From positions 2,542,001 through 2,606,000 of the forward strand of contig JAYWIR010000023.1 of the NCBI GenBank assembly GCA_036172245.1: a stretch of DNA of 64,000 bases, in the 5' to 3' direction. Below the pieces are notes generated by a model. That model was not told the DNA's origin. It worked only from the letters and a program-made list of their open reading frames with translations, and did not search any database. The translations under genes were made by a program, and so were the position numbers. Source of the DNA: Raillietiella orientalis (taxonomy: Eukaryota). Shown in pieces: positions 1-12,789 of this stretch. Positions within the stretch are counted from its first letter, which is position 1. Each line of letters begins with the position of its first letter.

Positions 1-2419
1 GAGGGAGAGTACGCGATCGCCCGCTGCTCCCTGCCCCACCGGAAGCTCCTGACGAAGGGGATCCACCTGATCCTCTCCGCGGGAGCTTCCCTTGTCTCTC
101 CTGTGGACCTTTCCGCGTGGTTTTCCGGAGGACGGTCGGCGCCTCCCTGAGTTTCCCTTCTGTCCGGGCTCAGAGAAGCAACGGCGGGGTCCGACCGCCC
201 GGATGAAGTTCCTCTTTCGGAGCAACCCGCTCTCCTTCAGGGATGCGAGTCGCGCTCCGGAGTAGGGAGCTAGCGATCTTCGCCAATCTTCTCGGCTCCC
301 CTCCCTGCGCCGTTCGCGATCTCATGTGCTCATCCCTTGCGCTCATGGTTGCAGTTTGCTCCTGCGGCAAGCGATCAGGAACCTCTGGTAGCTGCGTTCC
401 CGGAGGAAACGGTAGAGCATCCTTCCCTCCCCCTGTTGCTACTATGCACCCATGCGACGCGAAGGTGCGCGGACCGAGGTGGGTTGACGCCGTCCCTTGG
501 TCGCCACCGACGCCATGCTCCCCCCCTCCCTTTCCCGACCGAGGGGTGGGGGCGATGCATCTTCCGCCAGAACGGAGGCTGCATCTCGTCCTCGAGGCGA
601 CGACGCTGCCCGTCGCGTCAGCGACCACCTTCCCCGGCAAGCTCCAAGAAGTGGCTTCGCGGAGCGAGCGCGCAGAATGCGCAGCTTCTCGGATGAAAAG
701 TACCGCGCGTCTCCTCGCGCTCAATTCACGTAAGAAGAGCACTAAGAATAATGCGTTGTTTTCTATTTATGGAGTGATTTATTCGTACGGAATTGCTTCT
801 TCTATTTTTTAGTGGGCTGCTGACAAGCACCCGGTTTTCATCTCTCACCTCTGATTTATCGCGTCCTCCGTTCCTCGGCAACCGCCTGGTTTAAAGGATC
901 CGGGAGCGTTTCCCCCACGACTGCCGAAAGGACGAGCGAAAAAAAACGGTATCACTGACGACCTGCTGCTCGGTCGCAGAGGCCTTTTTTTTTTTTTGCC
1001 ATCCTCGGTAGCTGCGCGCACTGGGAGCTCGTGCGCGGGGCCTACTCTGCTGCTGCCCGGGCAACCTCTGCGAGCTCATCCTCTCCAGCCTTCCTCCCGG
1101 CGCCGTCCGCGCGAGTTCCGCTCGCGCGCACCCGTCTCCGGCACCTCCCCCTTGCCTTCTCCCCGGCTACCGCCTCGCCGATTGTGGTCGCCCTCCCTCT
1201 TCTGCCAGTGCGCTCTCTCGCCCGGGTGCCCTTCCGCGTCCCAAGGCCCACCGAGGTCCCTCTGTCTGGTTTGTGGGGTGGCTTGGCTCCAAAGAGAGCG
1301 AGCGCCATTTGAGGGACCGTTGTCTGGACGAGACGCAGCAAGCCCGTGGGCGTGGTATCTGTTCTGCCGTCGTGGGGCTGTGCTGTTGGTCTTCTTCGAG
1401 TGTTGGGTCGTCCTCCGGACACAACTGGATGGCAGTCGGACTTTCCGGTGATGGCGTTGACGAAAGAGGGCGCGGGCGGAGGAAGCCAACCGGGAGGAGG
1501 TGGAGGGTTTGCTACGAGAGCCCTGCTCGTCGACGCGAAGGAACGCCGGAGGTTCCGTGAGTAGGTGGTGCGTTGGATGGGTACTGTCCAGGTACTTTCG
1601 CGGCTTGCGCCTGACGGGCGATGGGGCGCGGCTACGCTGGGAGTCCGCGGAGAGGAGAGAAGATCTGCCAAGAGCTGTGGGCGAGGGCGCTCCCGGAGGC
1701 GATGTGAGACCGCTGGCGCAGACGTGGCATCAGGGGCTCATGGGGATGGGTGCCTCCTTTCCTGCAGCTCCTGCTGCTTTGTGCCAGGCTATTTCCCTGT
1801 GCTCATGGCTTATTCGTGGTCCGTTGGAATCGTGGAAAGGCGCCCGGAGCCACCAGGACGGCGCCTCATGCCGTTCATTGTCTTCGGCGAGCCTTCTGAC
1901 TGCATCCGTGGCGCCAACGGGCGCGGTAGGTCCTTGCGAGACTCTGATGACCTTCCCTATCAGCTGTTGAACTCCGTCCGAACGTCTGAAGGGAGGAAGG
2001 TGCTCAGGTGACCTTTTCTTTTCTCCACTCTCCTTATTTTTCATCTTGGGCCCTTCTGTTCCTTTCTGCAGCCTCGTGCATGCGCAGTCTCTCGCGTGGG
2101 TGGAATGGGAACTCGAGCAGGCAGAGTGCAGGGTGCAGAAGAGCACGCTTCTCGGAAGACCGATGTGTGCACCGGTCTCGGAGGCTGCTCCCGTCCGGAA
2201 GGCGCCGATGAGAGTCGCGCGTTGTTTTCTCAAGTGCGCCCTCAGATCGGTGCACCCTGGCAGACCAGAATCCTCCTGGCCAGCACTTCGGCGACCGAGA
2301 GTGGAGATGGTCCAGAAAGAGAGACCACCGTTTCGCGCTCTGTCCGAGAGTGGAATCCATCGCCACCCTCCTCAGGCGGTGACTCTTCAGTGCGAGGTCC
2401 CCCCTCCTCCCCTTCCGTC

Positions 2420-4720
2420 CACCGGCTTTCCGTAGAGGGCCGCCCGTTCGGCGAGGAATCTCTCTCTCGTGGCTCTTCCTCTTGCTGGGAATGGGGTTCT
2501 TTCGGGGGACCATCATCCCCCGGTGAGAAGAGAGCTCGCCGCTGCTGCTGCTGAGCAGGAGATTCCGGCTGGCGGTGGCCACATCCTTTCGGAGGAATTC
2601 CCGGATCTCAGCCGCGTCTCAGCCGGGGAGTGGCGGTGGCGCGAGCTGGTGGCGGCAGCCAAGCGAACATCTTCGAGGTGACCCTTCCTACTCCCGTGCG
2701 CGCTTGCGCGCACCCGCGAGTGAGCTCCTTCTTCGCCTTGGGCTACCGGACGGTGGGCCATCCTCTCCTCCCCTTCGGAATTCCCGTCTCCTCCTCCTCC
2801 GTGCCTCTTCCGGCGACCCGCCAGCGCCCAATTCCTCCCTGCTTAAGAAAGTTGTCTTCTCTTCGCGTGTCGTCCCCGTTCTGTCCTCGTCCGTCATTTG
2901 TCTCTCCTCGACGGGGAGGGAAGGTTTCGCCCCTACGGCTCCGTCAGGCGCTCTGTGCACCGCGGACGCCTTTCCAGGTTCTTATAGAAGGGGCGCGGGA
3001 AGTAAAACAGGAGGAGGAAAGCTCTCTTCCTCGACCTTCTAGCACTACCGAGGAGGACGGGCTTCCTGGACTGCATTCGAAGAAGGGATCTGAGGGGAGG
3101 AAAGGGGTACTCCTCGAGCCCTCCGGGGGAATGCGCGCCGCCTTCTTCCCCCCTCCCCTCTCCCCTGCTTCAACGTCAGGAGCCCTGTTGTAGCTCTCCC
3201 GGGCGCTCTCGGAGGATCCCGACTTTCCGAACCCTCGACCTCCCTCGTCCGCGCCTAGTCCTCTTTCTCTTCCCTTTCCCCGCGCGGAATTCTTCCTCCC
3301 GCTCTTCTCTTCCCGGGAGCCCGATCGGGATGGCTTCGCTGGCGACTGTTTTCCTTCAGGTCCGCACCTTGTCACTTGGGGAGCGGTTGCCGGGGGGGGG
3401 GGGGACAGATAGCGCGCAACGGGCTGTGATTCGGCAATATTCCCGCCCTGGGACCTCGGCCAGATCGCACACGCTAGGGAAGGTCCCGGACGGCGGTGCT
3501 CCTGCATCCTTGTTTTTTTTCCTTTTTTTTTCAGGCACAACGTGCGGAAAATCGAAGAGATTCCTGAGAAACTGCACAGCCTCAGGCGGATCGTACTCAG
3601 AAAATACACTGTTCCCGGCAGGACCTACGTGCTGAACCAGAAGAACTCCCAAATCTGTTCGGAAATGTTCCCGCCTTCCTGATTTTTCCCTCGTCACTCC
3701 CTCCCCCCCCCCTCGTTTCCCCCGGGAAAGAAGAAGACTCGCGTCGGAGTGCTGCTGCGAGTACAATAAAGAGGCGCAACGGGCCGCTGCGCACGTATCT
3801 CTCTCTCTCTCCTGCCCTCGCTTCCCTCCCGGGACGTAGGCGAGGAGACCGTGGCGTGCCAGCAGTCTCCGCGTACCGTCGTGCGGGAGTATCCTCACTC
3901 CCGATTAGGCGCGCGTCGTCGGGGACGAGGGTCCCGGCGCAGTTTTCCCGAGTATTCCTGGAGACGCGAACTCGAGCGCCGCCGCTGGAGCGCCGGCCTA
4001 CGTCAAGGGTCCTCTTGTGCTCATCGTCCCTCTTCCGGGACGCTCCCTTGCGGCCTTCGAGAACAGGAGTCCCTCGTCGGAGCGCTCGTCCCCTCGCCCT
4101 GCCTGTCTCTCTCCCGCGTCTGCCTTCGCTCTGTGGCGTTGAAAGGCGGACGGGATCGAAGAGCGGGATCGAGGAGCCAACCGCCCGCTTGCGGAGAGGA
4201 CGGCCGCGACCAATCGGAGCCAGGAGAGATGCGGAACGCGTGCTGGCCGGATCCACTTCTCCCTCCTGCTCCAGCGGAGTCGACGTGAGTTGGACCGGAG
4301 GAGGGAGGGGAGTGGGGGGAAAGGATCTCTTGTTCCTCGTTTCCTCCTCCTCTGAGGGACCCCGGCAGCGTGCCAGGAGATGGCAGCGGACTTCTTCAGC
4401 GGCGAGCTGCAGAGCACAAAGGACTGCGGCGAAAGCGGGGAGGGGAGGTTCCTCTGCGACCTTGCGGGCTGCTCAACGCCGCCTCCGCGCCGATGGATGT
4501 GCACCGCCCTCCGCTTCCCGCGGCGGACCGACTGTTCGGCGAGGAATCTCTCTCGCGCGGCTTTTCCTCTTCCCGGGAATGGGGCTCCTTCGAAGGACCA
4601 TCATCCCCTTGCGAGAGGAGAGCGCACTGCCGCCGCTGCTGCTTCTGAGAGGAAGATTCCGACTGGCAGTGGGCACCTGGGGGGGAATTCCCGGATCTCG
4701 GCCGTGCCGCAGCCGGAGGG
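2420..4720. repeat. Diverged direct repeat of ~210 bp (2420-2630 and 4510-4720)
   Basis: Both copies share gttcggcgaggaatctctct...gggaatgggg...gaccatcatcccc...ggaattcccggatctc. Confidence 0.85.
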
Positions 4721-7370
4721 AACAGCAGCACGAGCGCTTGGTGGTTCCGGGAGGACCACATCACGAGACGACACCACGGTCCCGACGTTTCCTCCCTATC
4801 GGCGTATTCTCCCGCATGGGTCCGAACCTACGAGGGATCGTCAGAGTTCCGAGGCGAGCCTTCTTGGCGCGGGAAAAGGGGGAAAACGCCGGAGAGCGCC
4901 AGCTTCTTCCCGGGACTTTGCCACGAGCGCACGCAGCGGGGACTCTGTCCGCGCGACCCCGCAGGAGGTTTTCAGGCCCGTCGCAGCTTCCCGCGCATCG
5001 TTTCGGAGTTTTCATGGCAACGGCACTTCGCCGTCCCTGCGATGGCGAGCAGGAAGCGAGTCTGACGCTCGCTAGGACTAGGGGAAATGGGGGTTTCTGC
5101 AGGTGGTGAAGCGAATCCTCTTCGAGGTCCAGGTGTTCCGCTCTCCTTGCAAGAGTGCAAGCAGCTCGGAGAAGCATCAGCAACGTCCCCCCCCCCTCCT
5201 CCCCCTTCTTTTCATTGCAGCGTCCCCGCGGGATGCACGTTCGGATCTCTCCCGAATCCTGATCCATTTCCCCGTGCTGCTGGCGGATAAAGCCGGAACA
5301 TCTGTCTCTCGGTTGCCCGGGAGCATCGGAGTTGATCTGGTTGCGACGTTCTGGCGTACTCGGCTCACGGGGTCCCCCCGCCCCGCCTCTTCCGCCTGCA
5401 AGCAATCGGGAGCAGCTGACGCGAGGATTAGAGCCCGCAGCGATCGCACCCGGCAAACCTCGTGAGCCACGACGACGTCGCCCTTGCACGGAGCTATGAG
5501 CGGCTCCGCAGCTTCCCTCCGAGCGTGCGAAGCTCCCTTCCGTTCGGCATGCACTCACTGTACAACTCATCCTTTGGTGCGATGCGATTCTCATTCGCCC
5601 CAACGGCGGCAGCTGGAACAGAATGCGGTTTCGCTTAGCAGCGCCAACTCTTCGTGAGCGGTTGCTCGTGGCAACAGCGAAACAAACAAAGAAACCAAAA
5701 AAACGATTCGCGACGTTTTCCCTCATTTCCAAAAAAAAGAAAACGGAGAGAGGACAGAGCAGAAGGACGTAGCATTCTGACTTCCTCCATCCCATGTTCT
5801 TCAGGTCGGAGAACGCATGATGGAGGGGGGATCAAGAGTGGAGTTCTGCACTGGTGCGATGTTATGGAGGGCGGTAGGAATCGTTGATGAGGATGTTGGT
5901 ATTGGTCACGGAAAGCAAGTAGTTCTAGAGCCACGGGGCAAAGGGAGAAGTAGGATGATGACGGCGGCGGACGGGATGCCGTTGTGGGAAGCGGCGGAGG
6001 GAGTGTTCATTCCAGCTGCCTGCTGTGTATCTGCGAGTGCTGCTTCTCTCCTTCCCTCTCCTTCCTCCTGCTGTGCTCCACCTCTTCTCTGCTTCTCTCA
6101 GTGCGCAGAGGGCACCTCGTCGTGATCCTCCATCGAACTTTCTTCCCGTTCTTCCTCTTTACGCTGCTCAGGGGAAAGAGGCGTCGGTACGACCTCTGCG
6201 GAATCCGCCTCAAGGTGCTCCGCCTCTTCCCGACGGAAAGCGGACTGGTGGCCGCATCCGGCTCGGATGAGGGCGGTCTGCTCTGGCGAGCGACTTTTGC
6301 ACACTGGTCCGATCGCTCCCGGAGGACGCGTTCGCCGCCGCGCCTCCTCCGCGGTACGGCGGAGCGCGCAAGCGAAACCCCGCGTGCGGGAAGACCATCC
6401 ATCTCCTCCCCCGAGGAGCTTCGTGCAACTCCTCTTCGCCCTGCATGTGCGAGGAGGCAGCGCGCGGCACGATATCGCGCATTCGTGTTTTTGGGTAACG
6501 CGGGTTGCCGGGGTCACGCAACTCCGTCCGGAGCTCGCACTCTGCCGCTAGAGCAGCGTCCGCTGCGCGCCTGCGCAAGCGGGGGTTGGCTCCGCGGGAA
6601 CGCGCGTCTCAGCGGCGGCGCCTCCTTTCCGGACTTTCAAAGTCAAAGTCACGTCTTCAGATGTTTCGCGGAGACCTCCGGGCCGATTCCTGCCGGAACC
6701 TTCCTGCTCGCCGCCTGTTTCCAGGAAACTTTTCCTGGATCGCGATAAATCACTTCAAACGCGATCCAAAATGAAAATATTTAAATTTAATGAAAGGAAA
6801 TTAAGAAGATGAAAATACCACTTGGCACCTGGAACCTATTAAAACGCGGCGGTGATTTATGAGGAAGATAAATAACAGTAGCTTAAAAATAAACCGCCGC
6901 TCGTGGTGGTTTATTAATAAGAAAGAGAATGTGTTGTTTTCGATGTCTCGCGCATCCAGTGCCAAATGTTAAAGTTAGCAGGGCGGGGAACAATCGTTGG
7001 GCGTTCGCCCTCGACCTGAGGCGAGATTCCCCGTAGCTGGGAGAGCCGGGAAAACCCACTTCCTCCTCCTCCTCCTTCGTCGTCCCCGTAGCGACTCGCC
7101 AGAAGCGTCCCGACTTCCGCCGAGGGCGGAAGGCGCGTTCGGAACTGCCGCCAGATCGGAAGGACATGCGAGCGGTCCCGGATCCCGGGGGAGGGCAGTT
7201 GCAGCGTCCTCCCGGCCACCAGCGGCGGGAAGCGTCGAGAGAAGAGCGTCGGGACTGTTGGCCCGGGGACGGCGGTCGGACGGAAGCGGCGCACGGGACG
7301 GCTGCCACAAGCGGCGCGCGCTCCGGACCGAGTATTTCGACTGGGGCGGCGCATCCTCTCATCCCTTTAC

Positions 7371-8401
7371 CGCACCGCCCTCGGGGATTCGTCCGGAAGG
7401 TTGTGCGCGGAATGGCACACGCTGCAGCGGCAGCACCCATTCTCCCGAAGGAGACATCGTCGCCTATCATTTCCGAGGTCTGGAGGAGAAATGGTGTCGC
7501 GTATAGACAGACGTGACCCAAAACGTGACCGCACCAGGTGGACCTTTTCGATGGGAACGGGATCTCCGAGTGCCTTCGGGGATGCCACCATTTCATCGAG
7601 GAGATCCCCTTCCATCCCTTCCTCAAGGCCACAGTATATTTCAAGAGGAAGCGATTTTCCGAAGAATAAGCGGGGGAGGATAAGGGAAGAGGACCACAGG
7701 TCATTTGAGAAACTCCACGGTCATTTCTAAAGGCACAGGAATCGGCGGGAGAGAAGACCTGCTTTGCCTGCGCTGTTACAGCAGCAGGCTGGGTGAGACT
7801 GAAGCAGAGCTGCGTCGAGGGTCACGGCAGACACGGGCAAAGGGAGAAGGTACCTATCGGATGCAGAGATCATTTGTCCTCGTCTGACGGAAACGAGAGC
7901 GATTTCCAAGGCGGGTCGCTCTTCTGATCTTCCCGGCGGGAAGGAAGCAGGCCCAACGTTCCTCGGAAAGCGGGAACGCTCCTGTCGGAGCTGCCGGATG
8001 CGGCAGGGAAGACGCTTCGCATTTCGTACGTGCGTTGCCTCCGCACGGCGGCGCGTCACTCTCCACCACGTGCTTCTCCGTAAACATCCTGCCTCTTCCC
8101 TCCATGCTCCCCGCCACGCCTCGCCACTTCGAAGCCTTCGGGACTTCGGGAGCCTCCGATCCTTCTATACGTCACAGCAAGCTCTCGCAATGATACGACG
8201 TACAGGAAAACCCGTGAAGGGAGATCGAGGATGGTCGAATGGGATATCAGGAAATCCCGGATGCTTTCCACGTCTTTGGAACGAGCTGCTTCTTGTCCTA
8301 AAAGCTCGAAGCGGAATTTGCTGGCTCCTCTGAGGAAGCTGCGAACCTTGTCGCCGGCGTAGGGCACTGTCTCCACGTTCTCTATCCCGTTTCGGACGAT
8401 C
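7371..8401 (-). CDS. Possible exons of an unidentified minus-strand gene (8401-8347, 7621-7535, 7479-7371)
   Basis: GT-AG boundaries with compatible phases give IVRNGIENVETVPYAGDK / EGMEGDLLDEMVASPKALGDPVPIEKVHL / TSEMIGDD..; one 55-nt intron is similar in size to those in the + gene. No family recognised, and one acceptor is weak. Confidence 0.3.
7696..7993. repeat. Source of the inverted duplication copied to 10447-10741
   Basis: Its reverse complement matches 10447-10741 with 4 substitutions and one 3-bp indel by manual alignment. Confidence 0.95.
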
Positions 8402-9904
8402 CTTGTATTAGCAGCACACACACAAAAAATTTTTTTTTCTGTTTTTTTGGAGAAGGGGGGATACATCCACGCTTAAATCGACTCTGGAGTGACTCCTGTG
8501 ATAGCTTCCGCGCTCGTCTCCAGCCTCTTGTAGGTGCCCTTCGGCGTGTTTGCTGCTCTGTTCTAGTCCTCTGGGCCTTCCTGTCCAAGAGTTTCAGAAC
8601 ACCTTAGATCGCATTTCACGACGAATGCGGGAACCCGTTGTGGAAGCTCCTCGAGCAAAAGTGCGCGCTCAGAAACGTGGAAACTCATTCAGACTTCTTG
8701 TACTTATGTCGTGATGAGTACTTGTTGCTGTTGTTATAGTTGTTGGTGTTCTTGCAAGAGAATAAAAGTAACAGATTTTTACTAGAACGTTCCCACTTCT
8801 CCACGCGACTGCAGGATGTTCCATAATGGCCATTTCCACTTGAGTTTGCGCGGCTACGGCAGTGTTCTGTGTTGCAACTGTGGAAGTTTCACTTCATCAG
8901 CTACGAGACTTTTTCTGTGTCAGTGCTGCAAGACTCTCAGTAACGGTTCTTGCTGCACTCATGGAGCAAAGCCATCATCTGCCTGGCTGATCCGAAACTC
9001 AGCAGCAGCATCGACTTTCGGGATCTGATGGTGAAGGTTCCAGGAAGCCGGAGCTTTTTTGCACTAGGCGAAGCCATGGTTGGCGTCTAACCCCCCTTTT
9101 AAATTTACGCATTGCTCCGTCGATCTGCCTGGGGGGAGCTGTTCCCGGTTTTCGAGCGCTTATCAGGGAAACGGGGAAGTTCTCGACACGTGGCGTCCTC
9201 TTCCTTACCTCTAGCGTGATTAAGATGACCTGCTGAACTTACAACGGGAGCAAAGATGACTTTTGCGATTGGCAACTGCGCAGTTTTGCATGGGAAGTCA
9301 CGCAACCTGCAATTTTAACTCGCACCTGCAGCTAGAGATGATATTCGACTGCTAGTCCAGTGCCTCAGGCCAATCTGCCGGCAGCTGTTTCCCTGATGGT
9401 TTTATTCCTTGGCGCAACACCGCTCCCAACGCAATACATCACCGGCTGCTTATTTGGAGCTCGGAACGTTTCGGGAGGAGGGAAAGGTCAAAATCACGGA
9501 CGAAATCAAATAAACTTCATGATGGTTAAATGGAGCGAAATGTTCGGTGCTGTTATTCTTCAATAGCTATTAATTATTATCCATTTGATATTGGGAGCGC
9601 TCAATTTTTTATAAATCACCATGGAAGCTGAGAAGTATCTCTTGCCGTGTCGGGAGAGTTTACATGAAGGCAGCGCCGAACCGAAAAACCGTTGATGATA
9701 CGAAGCCTGACAAGATCATCTTCCAGGTGCTTTCTTGCATTCCGCACCCGATCCGCGAAAATAAACGAAACAGGAAGGAGGAAAAAATAACGAACACGGA
9801 AAGATTGCGCCGAATGACGGGGAAATGAAACAGAACGGATTCATCTTGATCCTCAGACAATTTCCACTTTATCGAGTGGCAGTAGCGTCAGAGAATCGAT
9901 GGAA

Positions 9905-12700
9905 TCATAGATGCCGGAGGCGTGTTCTGAGTTCATCAGATGCATGATCTCCCCTCCTCTCCCTTTTCCAATCGATCTCCAAAGGTAAAAGAACGCTTCT
10001 CAAGCAATGGCAAGATTGAACCAGTGGATGGCTGTTGCAATGCCTTATCAAGACGCACATGCAGCACGTGCTTCTTTGATGCTCCCGAGAGCATCGTCTG
10101 ATTTGCTGCTTCTTGATGTAGCAACATCCACGCCACCGTCCCACCGTTGCGAGTCTCCTCCAGGAACCCCCGCGAAGCGTTTTGGCGTTTCCTCTTGAAT
10201 GAACGACCCGTTGCGTCCGAGAAGCACGAAAGGAGACTTTACCAGGTCGAGAGACTCTCAGAGTACCGAATCCCACAATGAGGAAGCAACCCGGGGTGGT
10301 GGCGGCGTCTCTCACACTCGCTTCCTCTACCCTCATGGATACAGGAAGCTTCATGGGATTCGGCCATACTTCCCAGTGGAGAAGAGCTCACCTCTTCCTG
10401 ACCACGACCTTGGAGCGAACGGGATCCTGGAAGCGAAACAACAATACAGCTCCGACAGGAGCGTTCCCGCTTTCCGAGGAACATTGGGCCTGCTTCCTTC
10501 CCGCCGGGAAGATCAGAAGAGCGACCCGCCTTGGAAATCGCTCTCGTTTCCGTCAGACGAGGACAAATGATCTCTGCATCCGATAGGTACCTTCTCCCTT
10601 TGCCCGTGTCTGCCGTGACCCTCGACGCAGCTCTGCTTCAGTCTCACCCAGCCTGCTGTAAGAGCGCAGGCAAAGCAGGTCTTCTCTCCCGCCGATTCCT
10701 GTGCCTTTAGAAATGCCCGTGGGGTTTCTCAAATGACCTGTCGGCCCGCGAACAGTACTTACTGGTTGCAGGAAAGCCTTCGCACGTGGGCCCAGATCGA
10801 GGAAGCGAGCCCGGAGTTGCGGCAGCGAATGCTGCTCTCCTATCACAAGAGCCGCTCGCTGCAGGACATCATTGTGCAGCCCACCTTGAGCGCATGGGCT
10901 GAGAGGACCTCCCTTGCCACGGCTCTGTTCCACCTTAGGGAGCACCTGGGCAGTAGCCAGCCGGAGAAATGGGAAGCCCGATGTAGTATCTCTGGAAGAG
11001 AGAAAGAGCAAGGTGGTTGGACCACGGGCCAGTTGACAGACGCTGCGACCCCAAGTGCCCCACCAAAGGGACTATTGCGCTGGGGCGAGCTGCTGAGCAA
11101 CCCCATGGATGTACTCGAGTGGCCCCCGGTGCTGAAGACTACCCGGGCCCTCCCCCTGAAGTGGCAGGAGTCGGCGTTCCTGGTGTTGCACTGGGGACTC
11201 CCCAGCAACGCCCGCCGTTCGCACTGGACGAGGGGGGCTGTGGACCCAAATTGTGTCAGGTGCGGGGAACGGGAAACCCTCCCGCACCTGCTTCTTGACT
11301 GTGTTGCCCTCCGGCCTCTGTGGTTGCGTTTCGCAACGGCCCTAGGAGCACCCACGATCAACCCTAGAGACGTTCTGACGCGCCTCTTTGTGCGTGACGC
11401 CCTTCGGCCTGCCGCAGCCCTTGCAGCCCTCTGCTGCCTACGAGGGATTGTGGCGGCCTGGAGCACCGCCACTGGTGGACTGAACGACAGGGACATCATC
11501 TGCTCCGCCCTGCGTTTCCTAAGGACGGCAGCCAGATGGTCCCATTTGGGGCATATGCGGACCGAACTTGCCGGCATCCTGGAAAGGATGTAGAGGACGA
11601 CTCCAGCGGAATGTGATCCCTTCCCCAACTCCTTCCTGCTTTTGTAAATAGTGTTTTCTTTTTGTTTTTATTTGTCCTTTCCCCCCCCGCTGCCGAGTCG
11701 AACTCGCCAGCCTGCGTGCTTGCTACTCGGCAATTTCAGACTCTTTATTAGAACATTTTTTAGGACGCTGTAGGGGCCATAGCCCTACACTTGCTTGTTT
11801 GTTTTTACTAAAAAATAAACGCCCCGGCGCACCCGGGTGTAAAAACAATACAGAAGTGTTCACAGCAAAGAACTAGCAGAATGCGTAGAATATCAGGGGA
11901 ATGTCATGGAGTCTGGCATGGGTCCCACATTACCCAGCTGAATCGAATTCGATGGCTGCGTGATGGGAGCACTCCGTAGACATTTGATAGAAGCATCGCT
12001 GCCCCGCCTTTTCTGGAAGGAGTCTTTCACGAAAAAGGATCGAAAAGTACTCTGGTCCGTGCCTTACGGCGTCGAGAGGGCGGCACTTCTCACCATCTGA
12101 GACGGCTGAGCACCGCTTGCTGGTGTCCTCGCTTTAGGCGAACCTGTCTTTCCTACCTGGTTGCGTGAGTTTTCTGAAACTGCCTGAGTAGGAATTGTCG
12201 GTCGGTCGCCGCTCCTCCCAACTATGGTCTCAGCTGAATTCACAAGCGATGCCGCTGCCCTCAGCTTTTCTCCTTCAACCACCTCTGTGTCAGCTCCAGC
12301 CTTTGCCACTCATTCGTAAGCTTTATCCCAAGCGTCCTACACGTTTGTGGTGACCTCCTTCCACGATTGCAGGAGCTCGACCTTTCTGACCGTACATTTT
12401 CCGACCAGAGCGCGTATTGCATCAGCAGCGAGGCACTCCTGGACTGGCCTGGTGATGAAGCAGATGCGAGGATCGCGGGGATCGCTTCGGGAACCTGTTG
12501 CTGAGATTGTTCACTCAGCTGGGTCTTCGAATGCATCCCCTAGGGTGGTCCCGGGATTTGATCGATCGACATTTTGCCTTCTCATTCCCATGTATTCCAG
12601 GATTTGTGCCCTGCGTCACTTTTTTCAGCATGCTCTCCATCTGCGTTGTGAGCGAAGGGTGCACAGAGTCCACCGATTTCGATGAACCGTTCCGATGGCG
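9905..12700 (-). mobile_element. Old decayed LINE (APE endonuclease region) interrupted by the 10450-11843 insertion
   Basis: The minus-strand translation runs across the removed insert: LLSNVYG..CCEHFCIVV..RRRHHPG, degenerate forms of LxNVYAP, GDFN and WRxxHP. Boundaries approximate. Confidence 0.55.
10450..11843 (+). mobile_element. Young 5'-truncated L1/Tx1-like LINE insertion with a captured 5' segment, flanked by a 10-bp TSD
   Basis: Uninterrupted ORF2 C-terminus (10742-11593) with zf-RVT-type CVRCGERETLPHLLLDC, then a pyrimidine-rich 3'UTR, AATAAA, hairpin and short A tail. AACAATACAG occurs at both 10440-10449 and 11844-11853. Confidence 0.9.
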
Positions 12701-12789
12701 TCCGGACAGTTTTCTCGCGGTGGTCTTGGGAAGGCTTCCCAGAGGATGCCACTGTCACTTTCTCGTCACATTTTTCAATATCGGCGCAA

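Noticed and set aside
170..7400. Many long overlapping ORFs (e.g. 3856-5109, 417 aa)
   Set aside because: Arg/Gly/Pro/Ser-rich frames open on both strands are expected in high-GC DNA, and no domain is recognisable.
10718..10730. PWGF peptide resembling a PDZ carboxylate-binding loop
   Set aside because: It lies in the captured duplicate, depends on a substitution absent from the source copy, and no PDZ sequence follows.
7696..10741. Inverted repeats as TIRs of a 3-kb DNA transposon
   Set aside because: No TSD at the outer ends and no transposase between them; the right copy sits inside the LINE's TSD.
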